A stretch of DNA of 38,393 nt, taken from the NCBI GenBank assembly GCA_032718475.1, contig JAUCBJ010007744.1, positions 1 to 38,393 of the forward strand. Reading direction: 5' to 3'. Both the position numbers and the translations under genes were made by a program. The notes under the pieces were generated by a model. The model saw only the letters and a list, made by a program, of their open reading frames with translations. It made no database searches and was not told the origin of the DNA. This DNA comes from Nemertoderma westbladi (Eukaryota > Animalia > Xenacoelomorpha). Of this stretch, positions 21,786-33,106 are shown in pieces (the first letter of the stretch is position 1; every line of letters starts with the position of its first letter).

Positions 21786-22916
21786 ATGATTGAGTTGATA
21801 GAAGATGATCTTGGTATCAGGGAGCGATATACTCTACCTTTACAAGCGTTTGTTGATAGCTTGATACACGGCGACGCTGGTCCAACTGCTGCGGAGGACG
21901 ATGATCGTTATATCGAACCGCCAATGTCCCAAGAGCAGCTCACGCGTGAGTTGGACTATAAGAAATTCACCGCTCGCTATACGCATCGTAATGGTACGTA
22001 TGTGGACTTCTTAACTACTGGTCATCCTATCGATTTACACGATACGGACAATGTCGACACCAAAAGGGAAATGGTACGATTGAAATATCCTACCCAGCGG
22101 AGGCGGAACGATAAACCGAGAATGGAACACGAGAATTCTATTCGAAACAGACTCGAAAGAGAAGACGTTGAGGAGCCGGATAAACGCAGCGACTTCAACG
22201 ATTATCTGGAATTCCTGATAGAAACATATCTCAATATTGCCAGTCAACAAAATCTAGAAACTCGATATCCTCAAGGTATACATCATGACCGCATGGTAGA
22301 ACTCAAACGGCTCGATTCCCCTATGATGTATCTTACCGCCGATCGACCGCTACCTGTTGTACCGAATAGCTTCGAACGGATGGAGGAATATTGTAAGCTG
22401 GAGAAAGATCACTCGCGTTTCCCCTACAAGACGTACGTTTTTGGGTATTATTGCGATGAATGCCCAAGACCCAACCAACAAACGGAAAGACATAAACATC
22501 CGCGGAGACGTTGCTTTAAACACGGTTTTACTCGCTATACTTACGGGAGTTTCGAGCGAAACTTGTTCAATGTATCACCTACGCTCGTTCGACTCAGACG
22601 ATCCTTAAATAAACCAATGATCAGAGTTTCGGAATACTCGATCAGAGCTCCTCATTCCCTAGTGAGGCCTCAGACTCTTGATCCTATTAGTATGACGGAT
22701 CCTCCTGAGCTGTACTCACTGCTCAAAGATCTAGTGTTACCTGAACGATTAGTCGGTGGCACCCCAGTTGTGGGTTTCTTAGATATTAGCCCATCCTACC
22801 TAGCCGGATTGGGACGCGGACATTTAATATCGCCGTTTAACCCTTACCATCGTCCCGGCTTGACACGATATAACCTGTCACCAGAGTGGCAGAGAACGTT
22901 GTACCAAACCAGTTAA
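21786..22916 (+). CDS. Orphan accessory ORF2 of the LTR element (376 aa, hydrophilic, CxxC...CxxH motif)
   Basis: Intact ATG-TAA ORF in the env position; no visible signal peptide or TM helix; YCDEC...RHKH...CFKH. Confidence 0.8.
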   Translation: MIELIEDDLGIRERYTLPLQAFVDSLIHGDAGPTAAEDDDRYIEPPMSQEQLTRELDYKKFTARYTHRNGTYVDFLTTGHPIDLHDTDNVDTKREMVRLKYPTQRRRNDKPRMEHENSIRNRLEREDVEEPDKRSDFNDYLEFLIETYLNIASQQNLETRYPQGIHHDRMVELKRLDSPMMYLTADRPLPVVPNSFERMEEYCKLEKDHSRFPYKTYVFGYYCDECPRPNQQTERHKHPRRRCFKHGFTRYTYGSFERNLFNVSPTLVRLRRSLNKPMIRVSEYSIRAPHSLVRPQTLDPISMTDPPELYSLLKDLVLPERLVGGTPVVGFLDISPSYLAGLGRGHLISPFNPYHRPGLTRYNLSPEWQRTLYQTS

Positions 22917-23379
22917 ACGCTATTCTACAAAGATCAGAAAGGAAACCTACGTTTGTTCAGATAAACGTAAGTTGTAACAGCAAGTCCAAGCGATAAACGA
23001 ATTGTCTTTATCTCAGTTCGATTGTGAAATCCAGAATCTCTAAGAAGATATCGCACTTAGACAACCCCATTCTCTGCGAGAGTTTTTGGATGAACGTATC
23101 CAGCTACGAGCGGAGGAAAATCAGCTCGAGGAGAAGCATATCGAAACGGCAGATACCCCGACCATAATCCTACACCTTCTGATGCAATCATATTGCACCC
23201 TTCACCCAGGATTTATAGCCCTCCTAGTAAAGTGGCTCCCCCCAAAGAGAAAAGGACTCTTGCTAGCCTCAAAAAACTGCGTAAACGCCGTCTGCGTAAG
23301 AAAGACTAACTGTTTAGAGTATTTTTATATTTTAGAAACTGTGATTTGTTATATTTTATAGACTTAAATCCCATTTTCT

Positions 23380-23387
23380 GGGAGCGG
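23380..23387 (+). promoter_or_regulatory. Polypurine tract
   Basis: GGGAGCGG directly abuts the 3' LTR start TGT. Confidence 0.65.
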
Positions 23388-24562
23388 TGTAAAAGCTTTT
23401 GCGTCATTAACCGGTTATTTTCCCTTAAAGTACTCTGTAGTTGGTTTGCCAGGCATAAAAAGGCCGTGTCCTTGCTGTACTGGTGTTTTAGAGGACATAA
23501 AAGTCATTTCTTATGTATTTGTACTGTATTTGTACTTTAGAGGACATAATCCACAATCTCGTGACGCGATAAGCTAGATACTCTTGAAAACAGTGTCGCT
23601 ACCATGACGATGGCTAACAGCTGATATTGCCACGTTGACGTTTCTTTGTTTCTTTGTTCTCTCGTTGTTCGGTTGACCAATCAGAGCGTTTGTTGTCTCT
23701 GTGTTGGAGGTGTATACAGAGTAGTTCAGTGTTATGTTTTTGCCCAGAGCCTAAGAACCGGCTTTTGGCACCTCCGTGTTTTCAGTTTTTAGTCTTACAC
23801 TAGTAGGCTTAATTATAAGGACATATATCCGTTATCATAACACAACATAACACACCATACCTAATCAAACAACCTGTGCATACTTTTATATTGTTATACT
23901 GCTATTTACTGTCAGTTCTTCATAATATGGTTGATGAATTATTATATTTGGAATAACGATAAATAACCCCGAAAACCCAAGATTCTTGATATACCGAAGG
24001 TAAGAGAGAAAGGTTACATATAACGATTGTGACTTATGTTAAAGTGGTTTGAAGTGAATCTAATGTTATTTGATAGACCCTACATGAGTCGGTCCGTGTT
24101 CCTTTTATATGTGACTAAAATCAGTGAAGATCGGCAGATCAGTGTGCAGTATTGTGCAGCATTGTGTATGAGTGAGACTGATAACGAAGCATTTCCTAAA
24201 GAATGCGCCATATATGTGAATTGTAACTAAGCCATATCGTTGCGTGTAGTTTAAGTCATAGCTCTGTTTATATAGATAGAGCGCCACGTCCTAAAGGAAC
24301 TGTTAATATTTCCCGAAGGTGAATAATATTGTCAGAGATTATATAATACTGTCGGTCGAATAATACATTAGGCTTACATAGCAATACGATTAAGCTGTCG
24401 AAATCAATCTCCCGGGTATATCCAACGGGTGAATGATCGCGCACAGATTGGTTTCAACTAGTGTAGTGAATCAAATACTTGTCAGAGGCTAAAAGCGATT
24501 TATTATCTAGAAGACATTCTAATTTGGCGGGTTAAACTGCCAAAGGTCTGAAAGCGCGAACA
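23388..24562 (+). repeat. 3' LTR
   Basis: 1175-bp direct repeat of 12042-13216. Confidence 0.97.
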
Positions 24563-25894
24563 GCATTTGCCGTATCCGTATGTCATACGCGTATGTGCCG
24601 TATGTAATGGATTCCTATGGAGAATAATCCGTATGTGATTTTACAGATTAGGCATTGCGGACTAGTAAGAAGTGCACAGCACACATGCAGACTGAAGACA
24701 GGTAGGCCTACTTAACAGCTTAACAGCTTAAAGCTAAGTGATTTAAAGAGTGTGGCTGCCGCTACCTTATGTCAAATAAACAATGCAGGACAGTTCCAGG
24801 ATGAGTGACAGCCGGTGTCCGCCAGCCCCGGGATGCGCCAGCAGTGCAGTAGGCCTACCTATTAACCAGTTAACTCTTCTTGACGCCGCTTGGACTAACC
24901 AACCATTATGGCACTAACATAGTATAGACTGATAGAAGCAGCAATGCTAATGCTATGCTATGCTAAGGGAATAAACATTCGCACAGATATTGAAAACCGT
25001 CGTGTCAGTTTGTCCTTCTTTGTGAATTTATTAACATATAATACCTTTACTTTCGCCGTTTCGGGGCCAGTATTTAGTTAACCATAGCACAGTAGCAGGC
25101 CCTATGCAGCCAAGTGCCAACAAGACCAACCTAGCTGCCTAGTGCCAGTTAGTCAAACCACGTGTCAGCGCGTGCAACCGGGTGCCAGTAATTAATCTAA
25201 AGTTCAACCGGGCGGCCAGGTGTCAGTTAGTACAATAAAACAAGCGCTGTGGCGCATCCCGGGACTGACAGACTGAAGGACATCATCTGTCACTCATCCT
25301 GGACCTACAATGTTTATTTGACATAAGGTGTAGCTGGTAACGGCAGCCACACTCTTTAAATCACTTAGCTTTAAGTAGGCCTACATGTCTTCAGCCTGCA
25401 TGTGTGTTGTGCACTTCTTACTGGTCCGCAATGCCTAATCTTTAAAATCACATACGGATTATTCCCCATGGGAATCAATTACCGGTACATACGCACGTAC
25501 GCGTATGTGCATACGGATACGGCAAATGCATACGGATACGGCGAAAAGTTATACCCTTTTGTTGTCCCTTTAATGACTTTTGTTGTCCTTTAATGACTTT
25601 TTATGTATGTATTTCTTCAAACTGTCAGACTGTTGATTTCTGGACTGTCAGACAGTTGATTTCAACATGCCTATGCCAAAACATGGTACGTACTAAAAGG
25701 TAGAACGATCTATAACGGGCTATAACAACAGAACGATTTATAACGGGCTATTACGACAGAACGATCTATAACGGGCTATAACTTCCTATAACAAACTATA
25801 ACCATCTATAACGCGCTATAATCTGAAAATTACAATAAAAAAACATATTTTAGAATGGATTTATTTTCCTAGTCCTGTAGTCAGTAATTTAAAT

Positions 25895-26480
25895 GGATAC
25901 ATGACCGAACGTAATCAGGATCGAATGTAACATAGTTATTTCGTATCGAACGTAACTGCAATTATGTTACATTGGATCCTATAACTATGTTACATTCGAT
26001 CTACAAATTACTAAGCTCGATAATGTAACATTGCCATTTACAAATTTAAAGGTGCAGGTTACAGAGGCGTGTTGGGGGAACCAAAACAATAAACGAAAGT
26101 TAACAGATGCTACAAGATTATGCAGGTTACTTTTATTTAAATGCTGAAAGGAGCAGGTTACAGAGGCGTGTTGGGGGAACCAAAACAATAAACGAAAGTT
26201 AACACATGTTACAAGATTGCAGGTTACTTAATTGGGTCTTTGTTTTGTACTCACCAACACCAAACTGCCAAACTGTTTCTTCCTGTAAATAAACGAAGCA
26301 TTTCATCGGTTAACTCCTTAAATAAAAACACAACTGAAATAAATGTATGTTACATTCGAGCTTAGTAATTTGTAGATCGAATGTAACATAGTTATAGGAT
26401 CCAATGTAACATAATTGAGGTTACGTTCGATTCGTAAAAACTATGTTACATTCGATCCTGATTACGTTCGGTCTGTCACC
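25895..26480. mobile_element. Foldback MITE with ~135-bp TIRs nested in the previous element
   Basis: GACCGAACGTAATCAGGATCGAATGTAACATAG... is inverted at 26345-26480; flanks TAATTTAAAT / AAATTTAAAT. Confidence 0.85.
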
Positions 26481-26676
26481 AAATTTAAATACGCAATTTG
26501 GTTTTTTAGTCCATAATGCTTTTCATCTTTGTGGTATCACGAAATCAGTCATTACTGCATTAGTTAGCATGCCACTACTGCATTATCTGACTATCAGACA
26601 GTGCAGCAGTGGAGAGGTCTCCCATCTCTCTGTCTATCCTCCATCCTGCTATCCGCTGTCAGCTTCTGGTCGATAT

Positions 26677-26804
26677 AGAATACAGGAATATAGTGAGCAA
26701 TATAGGCCAATAAAAAAAACTTACCAGTATCAATTAGGCAGGAATACAGGAATATAGTGAGCAATATAGGCCAATAAAAAAAACTTACCAGTATCAATTA
26801 GGCA
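26677..26804. repeat. 64-bp tandem duplication
   Basis: GAATACAGGAATATAGTGAGC...CAATTAGGCA occurs twice. Confidence 0.9.
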
Positions 26805-28202
26805 TAGGCAGATAGGCCTACCCTAATTTTTAAACTGCGGTATTTTCCAGACCACCGTGTTAATCCAAAAGTTAAACACACCCAAGGGGGGTTTTTTAAT
26901 GTAAATTTTCATATTATAGCTCGTTATAGCTTGTTTATAGAAATTTATAGCCCGTTATAGATCGTTATAGATCGTTCTACCTTTTAGTACGTAGGCTACC
27001 CCAAAACATTCAAAATTTGTTGATTTCTGGTCTGTCGGACAGTTGGTTTCACTATATGCCTGTGCCAAAACATTCCAAATTCCATGATTTATACTGTAGA
27101 CTATGAGATAAATTTCCATATACGCCTGTGGTAAAAGACTCTAAATTTAATAGTTTGTGGTTGTTGTCGATAATCGATTACCAAGTCTTTTAGTCCAAGC
27201 CTTACCAAGTCTTACCAAATCTTTTAAGAATTTACATATACAAAATATTGAAAAATATTTATTGAATGTATGGTTGCAATTTGTTAAATATCAAAACCAT
27301 TTTTACATTAAACATTATAATTATTGTCTTGGAAAGTAACAACATGGCTATTATATCTGCTACGATCAGACTACGATCAGGATAAGATCAGGCCAGATAA
27401 TGAGGCTGCCCAAATTTTAAAACACCAGAGGCAGAGGCCAATGATTATTATTTTTTTGCCGTATTTGATCGACCAGAGTACTCTCTTTCACAGCATTTTA
27501 CATTACATTACATATCATACGAAGATCTTTTCAGATCTTATCATGATCATATCATGATAATATCAAGTTAGAAATTATCAATCAATAATTAATTATAAAT
27601 TATCAATTAATAGGTATAGAAACAAAGAAATTTATAAATATACTTCAATATGAATTATCTAATATGGTGGCCAAGTAGAGTAATTATATTAATTTATATG
27701 ACTCTAATATAAATTTATTGATATTAATGCAAAGTTAAATTGGCTTATCTTAAAACCAAATTGAAATTTGTTCTGCTTAAATATCATACCATTACCACAC
27801 AATAGATATACAGGTAGGGACAATATGAAATGTTAGGCAGTTAGGTGTGTAGGTGTTAGTTGTACAGTAGGATATGTATGTAGGTAAGATGTGTTAAGTT
27901 AGTTCTATCAAGTTAGTTAGTTAGTTAGTTCTACAATCCACAGTGCAAACAGAAGAATGCTTCAAATTTTGCTTAATTATTGATTGAGAACTATTAAGAT
28001 CTTTGCAGAACTTTGTTATATATAATTAATTCTGCAAAGATCTGCACTGATCTTTCTAATCTTACCAATCCTGCAAAGATCTGCACTGATCGTTACCAAC
28101 CCTGCTAAGATCATACAGTAGAGCAAAGGTGCCAAGATCTTACCAAGACATAAAGATCTTATGCTAAGATCAGTGCAGATTGGTGATGTTGTGAGTCTAG
28201 GG

Positions 28203-28700
28203 TAGCCTTTCTAACCAAAACAATAAACGGTCACTTTACCAAATCAGGGAAAGGAGCAGGTTACAGAGACTAGCCTTTCTAACCAAAACAATAAACAATC
28301 ACTTTACCAAATGAAGGAAAGGAGCAGGTTACCTAGATGGTCTTTTCTAACCAAAACAATAAACGATAACATTACCAATTGAGAGAAAGGAGCAGGTTAC
28401 AGAGGCGGGATTTCCTAACCAAAACAATAAACGATCACTTAACTAATTGAGGGAAAGGATCAGGTTACAGAGGCGGTATGTTCTAACCAAAACAATAAAC
28501 GATCACTTAACTAATTGAGGGAAAGGGGCAGGTTACAGAGGCGGGATTTTCTAACCAAAACAATAAACAGTCACTTTAAAAAATGAAGGAAAGGAGCAGG
28601 TTACAGAGGCGGGCCTTTCTAACCAAAACAATAAACGGTCACTTTACCAAATCAGGGAAAGGAGCAGGTTACAGAGGTGGGATTTTCTAACCAAAACAAC
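28203..28700. repeat. 68-bp tandem repeat, ~7.3 copies
   Basis: CTAACCAAAACAA recurs at 28211, 28279, 28347, 28415, 28483, 28551, 28619 and 28687. Confidence 0.95.
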
Positions 28701-28858
28701 CGGTCAGCCGGTAGGCCTACCATTACCGTATTTAAATGGCAGGCTACACAGTAGGCTTACAGCAGTACCAGTGCCGGTACCGGTACCGGTACTAAAATAC
28801 CTGCTTTATTCCTACATCTGTACATACAATACAGCAAGACTGCAAAGTGCTCTATATA

Positions 28859-29060
28859 CTAATAACGGTACTGATAGCCTGAGAGAACAGCTGTAGAGCA
28901 ACCGGTAGCATGGAACCTAACGGTAAATTTCTGGAGGACATAAAAAGTAAAAAAAAAACTAATACCGGTACTGATAGCCTGAGAGAACAGCAGTAGAGAA
29001 ACCGGTGGCATGGAACCTAACGATAAATTTCTGGAGGACATAAAAAGTAAAAAAAAAAAG
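28859..29060. repeat. ~100-bp tandem duplication near the right end of the outer element
   Basis: CTAATA.CGGTACTGATAGCCTGAGAG...GGAGGACATAAAAAGTAAAAAAA occurs twice. Confidence 0.9.
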
Positions 29061-29166
29061 GACATAATGAGTGATTTAAACGGACAATGAAATTATTGCG
29101 TAATAATACTATAGGCTTGGCCAAGGACTGAAGGACAGAAGACAGGAAGGACTACCGGTCCGTCTG

Positions 29167-30103
29167 CCAGGTTGGAATTCATGCTGCAAAACTCGGACGC
29201 GTATACCTGCGCGAATGACCGCGAACCAGATGCGCGTTGCGCGTTGCGCAGCAGCGCGCAGCTCTGATGCGCACCACACAAATTAATTGAAATCACGAAA
29301 ATAACAAATGTGAAAATAAATCACAAAAAAATTTCGCTCGCTTCGCTCGCGTTTATTTTTTATTTCACATTCTTCTAACATCGAACACCCAAAATGTCTC
29401 TTTCTATCATTTCACGAAAACAGAGCTGAAAATCAATTTATTTTAACTAATATTGATATGTATTTGATATGTTTACGTTAGTAAACAGGTAAGGTCAGAA
29501 AGTAACAATGTATTGAGTACAGTATGACTTAATTAGGCCTATCACATTCACATTATATAAGCCAACTGTATGTTAAGACTAATTATTATACACAGTATTA
29601 CTGGCTGACTGGTACCAAATGATAATGAAGTATTGCATATTTATTCAAATTGTATACAGTATAGACTATAGAGTAATGTATTTTCAAATGCAAATGTAGT
29701 GGATTACAAAAATATTTTTTAATATTAACAATTTTTTGATTGATTGATTGATTGCATTTAACTGATTAAATTTATTAGGTAGATTCAACTGCATTTAACT
29801 GTTTAATTTATTATGTAGATGCAACATACTGTACTAAGATAAAGCTTTGAACGAAACGCTCAAACTTGTAAAAAAGGATTGTTAAATTGTTCTTATGGGC
29901 TGTACGATTTTTTGAGATATGCATGACATGACTGAATGAGCTACGTGATTTTGTATGGAGTTTGGATTTTGTATGAGCTGCGCGATTTTGTATCGATTAG
30001 ATTATGATGAGGCTGTGAGGTGCGCGACGAGCCAATTTCAGGTGCGCGGTGATCTCGAAGCAACAAAGCGTACCTGAGCGCTCATGCATGAATTCCAACC
30101 TGG
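29167..30103. mobile_element. hAT-like non-autonomous element (937 bp)
   Basis: 18-bp perfect TIR CCAGGTTGGAATTCATGC; 8-bp TSD TCCGTCTG (29159-29166, 30104-30111); superfamily inferred from TSD length only. Confidence 0.85.
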
Positions 30104-30369
30104 TCCGTCTGTCCGACTACTGTATGCTGTAGGGGTAGGCCTACTATACAGCCAGGCCTCAGGTCAGGGCCTATACAACAGGCTGACAGACCTACTACGT
30201 GTACTACAGGCAGACAGGAGTGGCCCTGATTACTAGCTAAGTCCAATTCATTTCATAAATAAGTACCTAATAGTAATACAGTAGTAATATAAAGTACCTA
30301 ACTGCCTAATAACAGAATAATGATAGCCCTATAACTATGAACTAACAGTATAAAGCAATGAAGTAATAA

Positions 30370-31952
30370 GGCAGGGATTTTTTATGTCCGTTCATTTGAT
30401 CTGGAAAGAAAGCCTCATGAAGGTCCTCTACAAGAGCAAAGGCGATAGAGATGACCCTAACTCATACAGGGGTATTTCCTTACTATATAACGCTTACAAA
30501 CTTTTTACCTGTCTTATCGAGAAGAGGCTGCGAAATAAAATAGGTTAAAAAATACCAGCAGAACAGTTTGGATTCATGCCTGGGAAGGCGACAAACATAC
30601 CCTTGGTTCAATTTATTAATAGAATTCATTCGAACTTATCTGTGCCAAGAAAACCATTGTTTACGTTTTACATCGATTTTCGCAAAGCGTTCGATTCGGT
30701 GCCCCGCACTAAGCTGTTATTCAAGCTGCGAACTGTTTTTAATATTGCAGGGAATCTTTATAAAATAATCCGAGCAATTCTATCCCCGAATTATATACAG
30801 ATATATGATGGTATACGCAACTCTAAAGTAATTAAACAAACACGAGGTCTACTTCATGGCGATGGCCTGAGCCCGCTACTACTGTATTTATCGCATACAT
30901 ATTTGATGTTGTCATGGTTATTAAAGATGCCGCTGTCCGTTTTGGTGAATTGATTGTACTGCTGTTTGCTGATAATTTGCCTTTTACGGGGACTCCCGGG
31001 AAGCAGTCCAGGCTGGACTGGACGCGATTTCTAAATGGTTTAGAAGTAAATTTAAGTAAATCATCAGTGATGAAGTTCCGCCGAGGTGGTCGTCTTGCTA
31101 ATAGTGACAAATTCACCTTCAATGGAAAGCAAATGAAGATAGAAAATTATTATAAATATCTAAGAGTAACACTACAAACTAAATTAAGCTTCTCTAAACA
31201 CATCACCAACGTCGTATGTAAATCACTGACCGCCGTTCACTCAATTTCAAAGCCTAACATGCTGTCTCTCAACACTGCCTTCAAATTATTTGAACTGAAA
31301 GTAAGTCCAATAGCAACGTACTGTCTCCGCGAAATATGGCCCTTCTTAACTGCGAACAATTTACATTGTATAGATAAAATCTTGGCATCGTATCGAAAGA
31401 AAGTCCTAGGTTTACACAAATCTACGAGGAACCGACTGGTGTTTGGATTGTGTGACACCAAATACTACGCTGTCTCGATTAAAGAAAAATTGAACTTGAC
31501 CTGCACTGAAGAATACAATAAATATATCCAGCAGCTCGACGAGAAGATACAAGAAATTCCATTTGCGTTCTGGAACAACAGGGCATTTACTGACTGGACA
31601 TGGACGAACGCAAATAAGAAAAACCGCCACATTGTAACTAGGTTTGCGATACACGGGTTCCATCATCTCATATGCACTAACCGAGATTATCATGCACCGT
31701 CCGACGACTGTGTTTGCCGTTTGTGTAAAGGACAAGCTTCTCTCTACCATCTACCCGATTGTAGGAACAACCATCGTAGCCTAACTGAGTGGTCTTCAGT
31801 AACAATCTAACTAACTCAATCTAACCTATGCTTAATTTCATTGAATTTTATTAATTTATTAGTTAATTATTCTTGTTCCTAAATTATTTTATATATATAT
31901 ATTTGACTTTTTTGTCCGCCTTTTTTTACGAATTATGCATACTGACTTTTGT
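30370..31952. mobile_element. Left end of a second copy of the outer MULE-like element, split by a LINE
   Basis: GGCAGGGATTTTTTATGTCCGTTCATTTGA plus CTTTTTTGTCCGCCTTTTTTTACGAATTATGCAT rejoin to match 11911-11976. Confidence 0.7.
30400..31900 (+). mobile_element. 5'-truncated, disrupted non-LTR retrotransposon (RT plus C-terminal Cys/His finger)
   Basis: WKES...KGDRDDPNSYRGISLL, QFGF, YIDFRKAFDSV, GLLHGDGLSPLL, LFADN, CRLC...YHLPDC; stop and frameshifts; (TA)n tail; TSD ATTTGA (30394-30399, 31901-31906). Clade not assigned. Confidence 0.9.
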
Positions 31953-32075
31953 GGGTTTTACTTTTCAACGTATGCCGTACGTATCCACGTATGTGCGTAC
32001 GTATCCACGTATCTATACATTACATTGAGCGATTTCACATACGAGTATGCATACGCGTAGGCGAATACTGTTTCC
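31953..32075. mobile_element. TIR-like end related to the 12010-25556 MITE
   Basis: GGGTTTTACTTTTCAACGTATGCCGTACGTATCC resembles GGGTATAACTTTTCGTCGTATCCGTATG and has CGTAT subrepeats; partner end not seen. Confidence 0.5.
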
Positions 32076-32519
32076 TGATTGGTCCAGATTATTATTGTCA
32101 AGTCAACAGTGTCTCTGTATCTATGGGCCTATTATTACAGAACCGTGGTGTTTTGCATTACAGCATTAGTCTGCCAGGCAGTATAATTGATTTTGTTAGA
32201 TGTCAGTGTCAGTCGGTGTGTTATTTGTTGCATTTAGATAGTGAATTTTATTTTCTTTTATATTTTCTATTATATCTTTTATATTCTCTTTGTATTTTCC
32301 TTATGGAAATGGAAATGGAAAGTTTTTATTTACTTCTATAAGTAAAAACGCACCAACATGCACAACACAATAAAATAAGATCATTTTTTAAACATTCACT
32401 GAGTGACTGATAGAGGCCGTATCTAAATAATCAAATATTAATATGCATATACAGTAGTACACTATACAATACACCGATATAAAAACAAATTTATTACTAT
32501 TGGTAAGTATGTTGGTGTA

Positions 32520-33060
32520 TGCGATATACAATATAAAATAAGTATGTAAGATATTGTTTTTAAAATACATAAAATAAATTAAAATAAGTCTGTAGGATAG
32601 TGATCTTAAAATAGAAACAAACTGCACATTAAAATATTAAAATACTTAAAATTTATTAAAATAAAATGATTTAGATTTAAGTTAAAGTTAGTAGTTTTAT
32701 TCTTAAAATCAGAAGTGTTTAATAAAATAAGGATATTATATAATGTAGGTTTATTGAATTAAAATAATGTATTTAAAATAATGGACGTATGTTAGAATAT
32801 GCGATATACAATATAAAATAAGTATATAGTGAATTATTTTGAAAATACATAAAATAAATTAAAATACTAAATCTGTAGGATAGTGATCTTAAAATAGAAA
32901 CAAACAACACATTAAAATATTAAAATACTTAAAAATTAATAAAATAAATGTTTTAAGTTAGTAGTTTTATTCTTAAAATAAGCAATATTTAATAAAATAA
33001 GTATATTATGTAGGTTTATTGAATTAAAATAATGTAGAAATAATGTATTTAAAGTAATGA
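32520..33060. repeat. ~280-bp diverged tandem duplication in the LINE 3'UTR
   Basis: TGCGATATACAATATAAAATAAGTAT at 32520 and 32800, with collinear downstream blocks. Confidence 0.85.
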
Positions 33061-33106
33061 AATATTGAAATAAAAATATAAAAGTTTATGTTCTTTTGGA
33101 CTATTA

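Larger units (their letters stand above)
12042..24562 (+). mobile_element. Bel/Pao LTR retrotransposon, non-autonomous, recently inserted
   Basis: Two 1175-bp LTRs with TGT...ACA ends; 5-bp TSD GCATT (12037-12041, 24563-24567); Bel/Pao-type Gag-protease; purine-rich tract GGGAGCGG before the 3' LTR. Confidence 0.96.
12010..25556. mobile_element. MULE-like MITE (~1 kb native) with ~300-bp TIRs, interrupted by the LTR element
   Basis: Ends GGGTATAACTTTTCG / CGAAAAGTTATACCC; 9-bp TSD TTTTGTTGT (12001-12009, 25557-25565); left arm continues at 24568-24840 and pairs with 25248-25556. Confidence 0.9.
25685..27000. mobile_element. MULE-like non-autonomous TIR element
   Basis: Ends GGTACGTACTAAAAGGTAGAACGATCTATAACG / CGTTATAGATCGTTCTACCTTTTAGTACGTAGGCTACC; 9-bp TSD CCAAAACAT (25676-25684, 27001-27009); subterminal CTATAAC repeats. 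Confidence 0.88.
11911..29100. mobile_element. Outer non-autonomous MULE-like DNA element (~2.3 kb native) carrying nested insertions
   Basis: TAATAATAC at 11902-11910 and 29101-29109 (9-bp TSD); left end GGCAGTGATTTTTTATGTCC vs degenerate inverted right end GGACAATGAAATTATTGCG; left end recurs at 30370. Confidence 0.6.

Noticed and set aside
21786-22916. ORF2 as env
   Set aside because: No signal peptide, transmembrane anchor or Cys-rich ectodomain visible.
23086-23361. Third ORF in the LTR element
   Set aside because: TTG start, short and no motifs; it could be an extra exon but nothing supports that.
28203-28700. CRISPR-like regular array
   Set aside because: The whole 68-bp unit is repeated, with no unique spacers, no cas genes and a eukaryotic context.
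31949-32627. ORFs of 130 and 79 aa
   Set aside because: They span a TIR-like repeat and an AT-rich LINE 3'UTR, with low-complexity translations.
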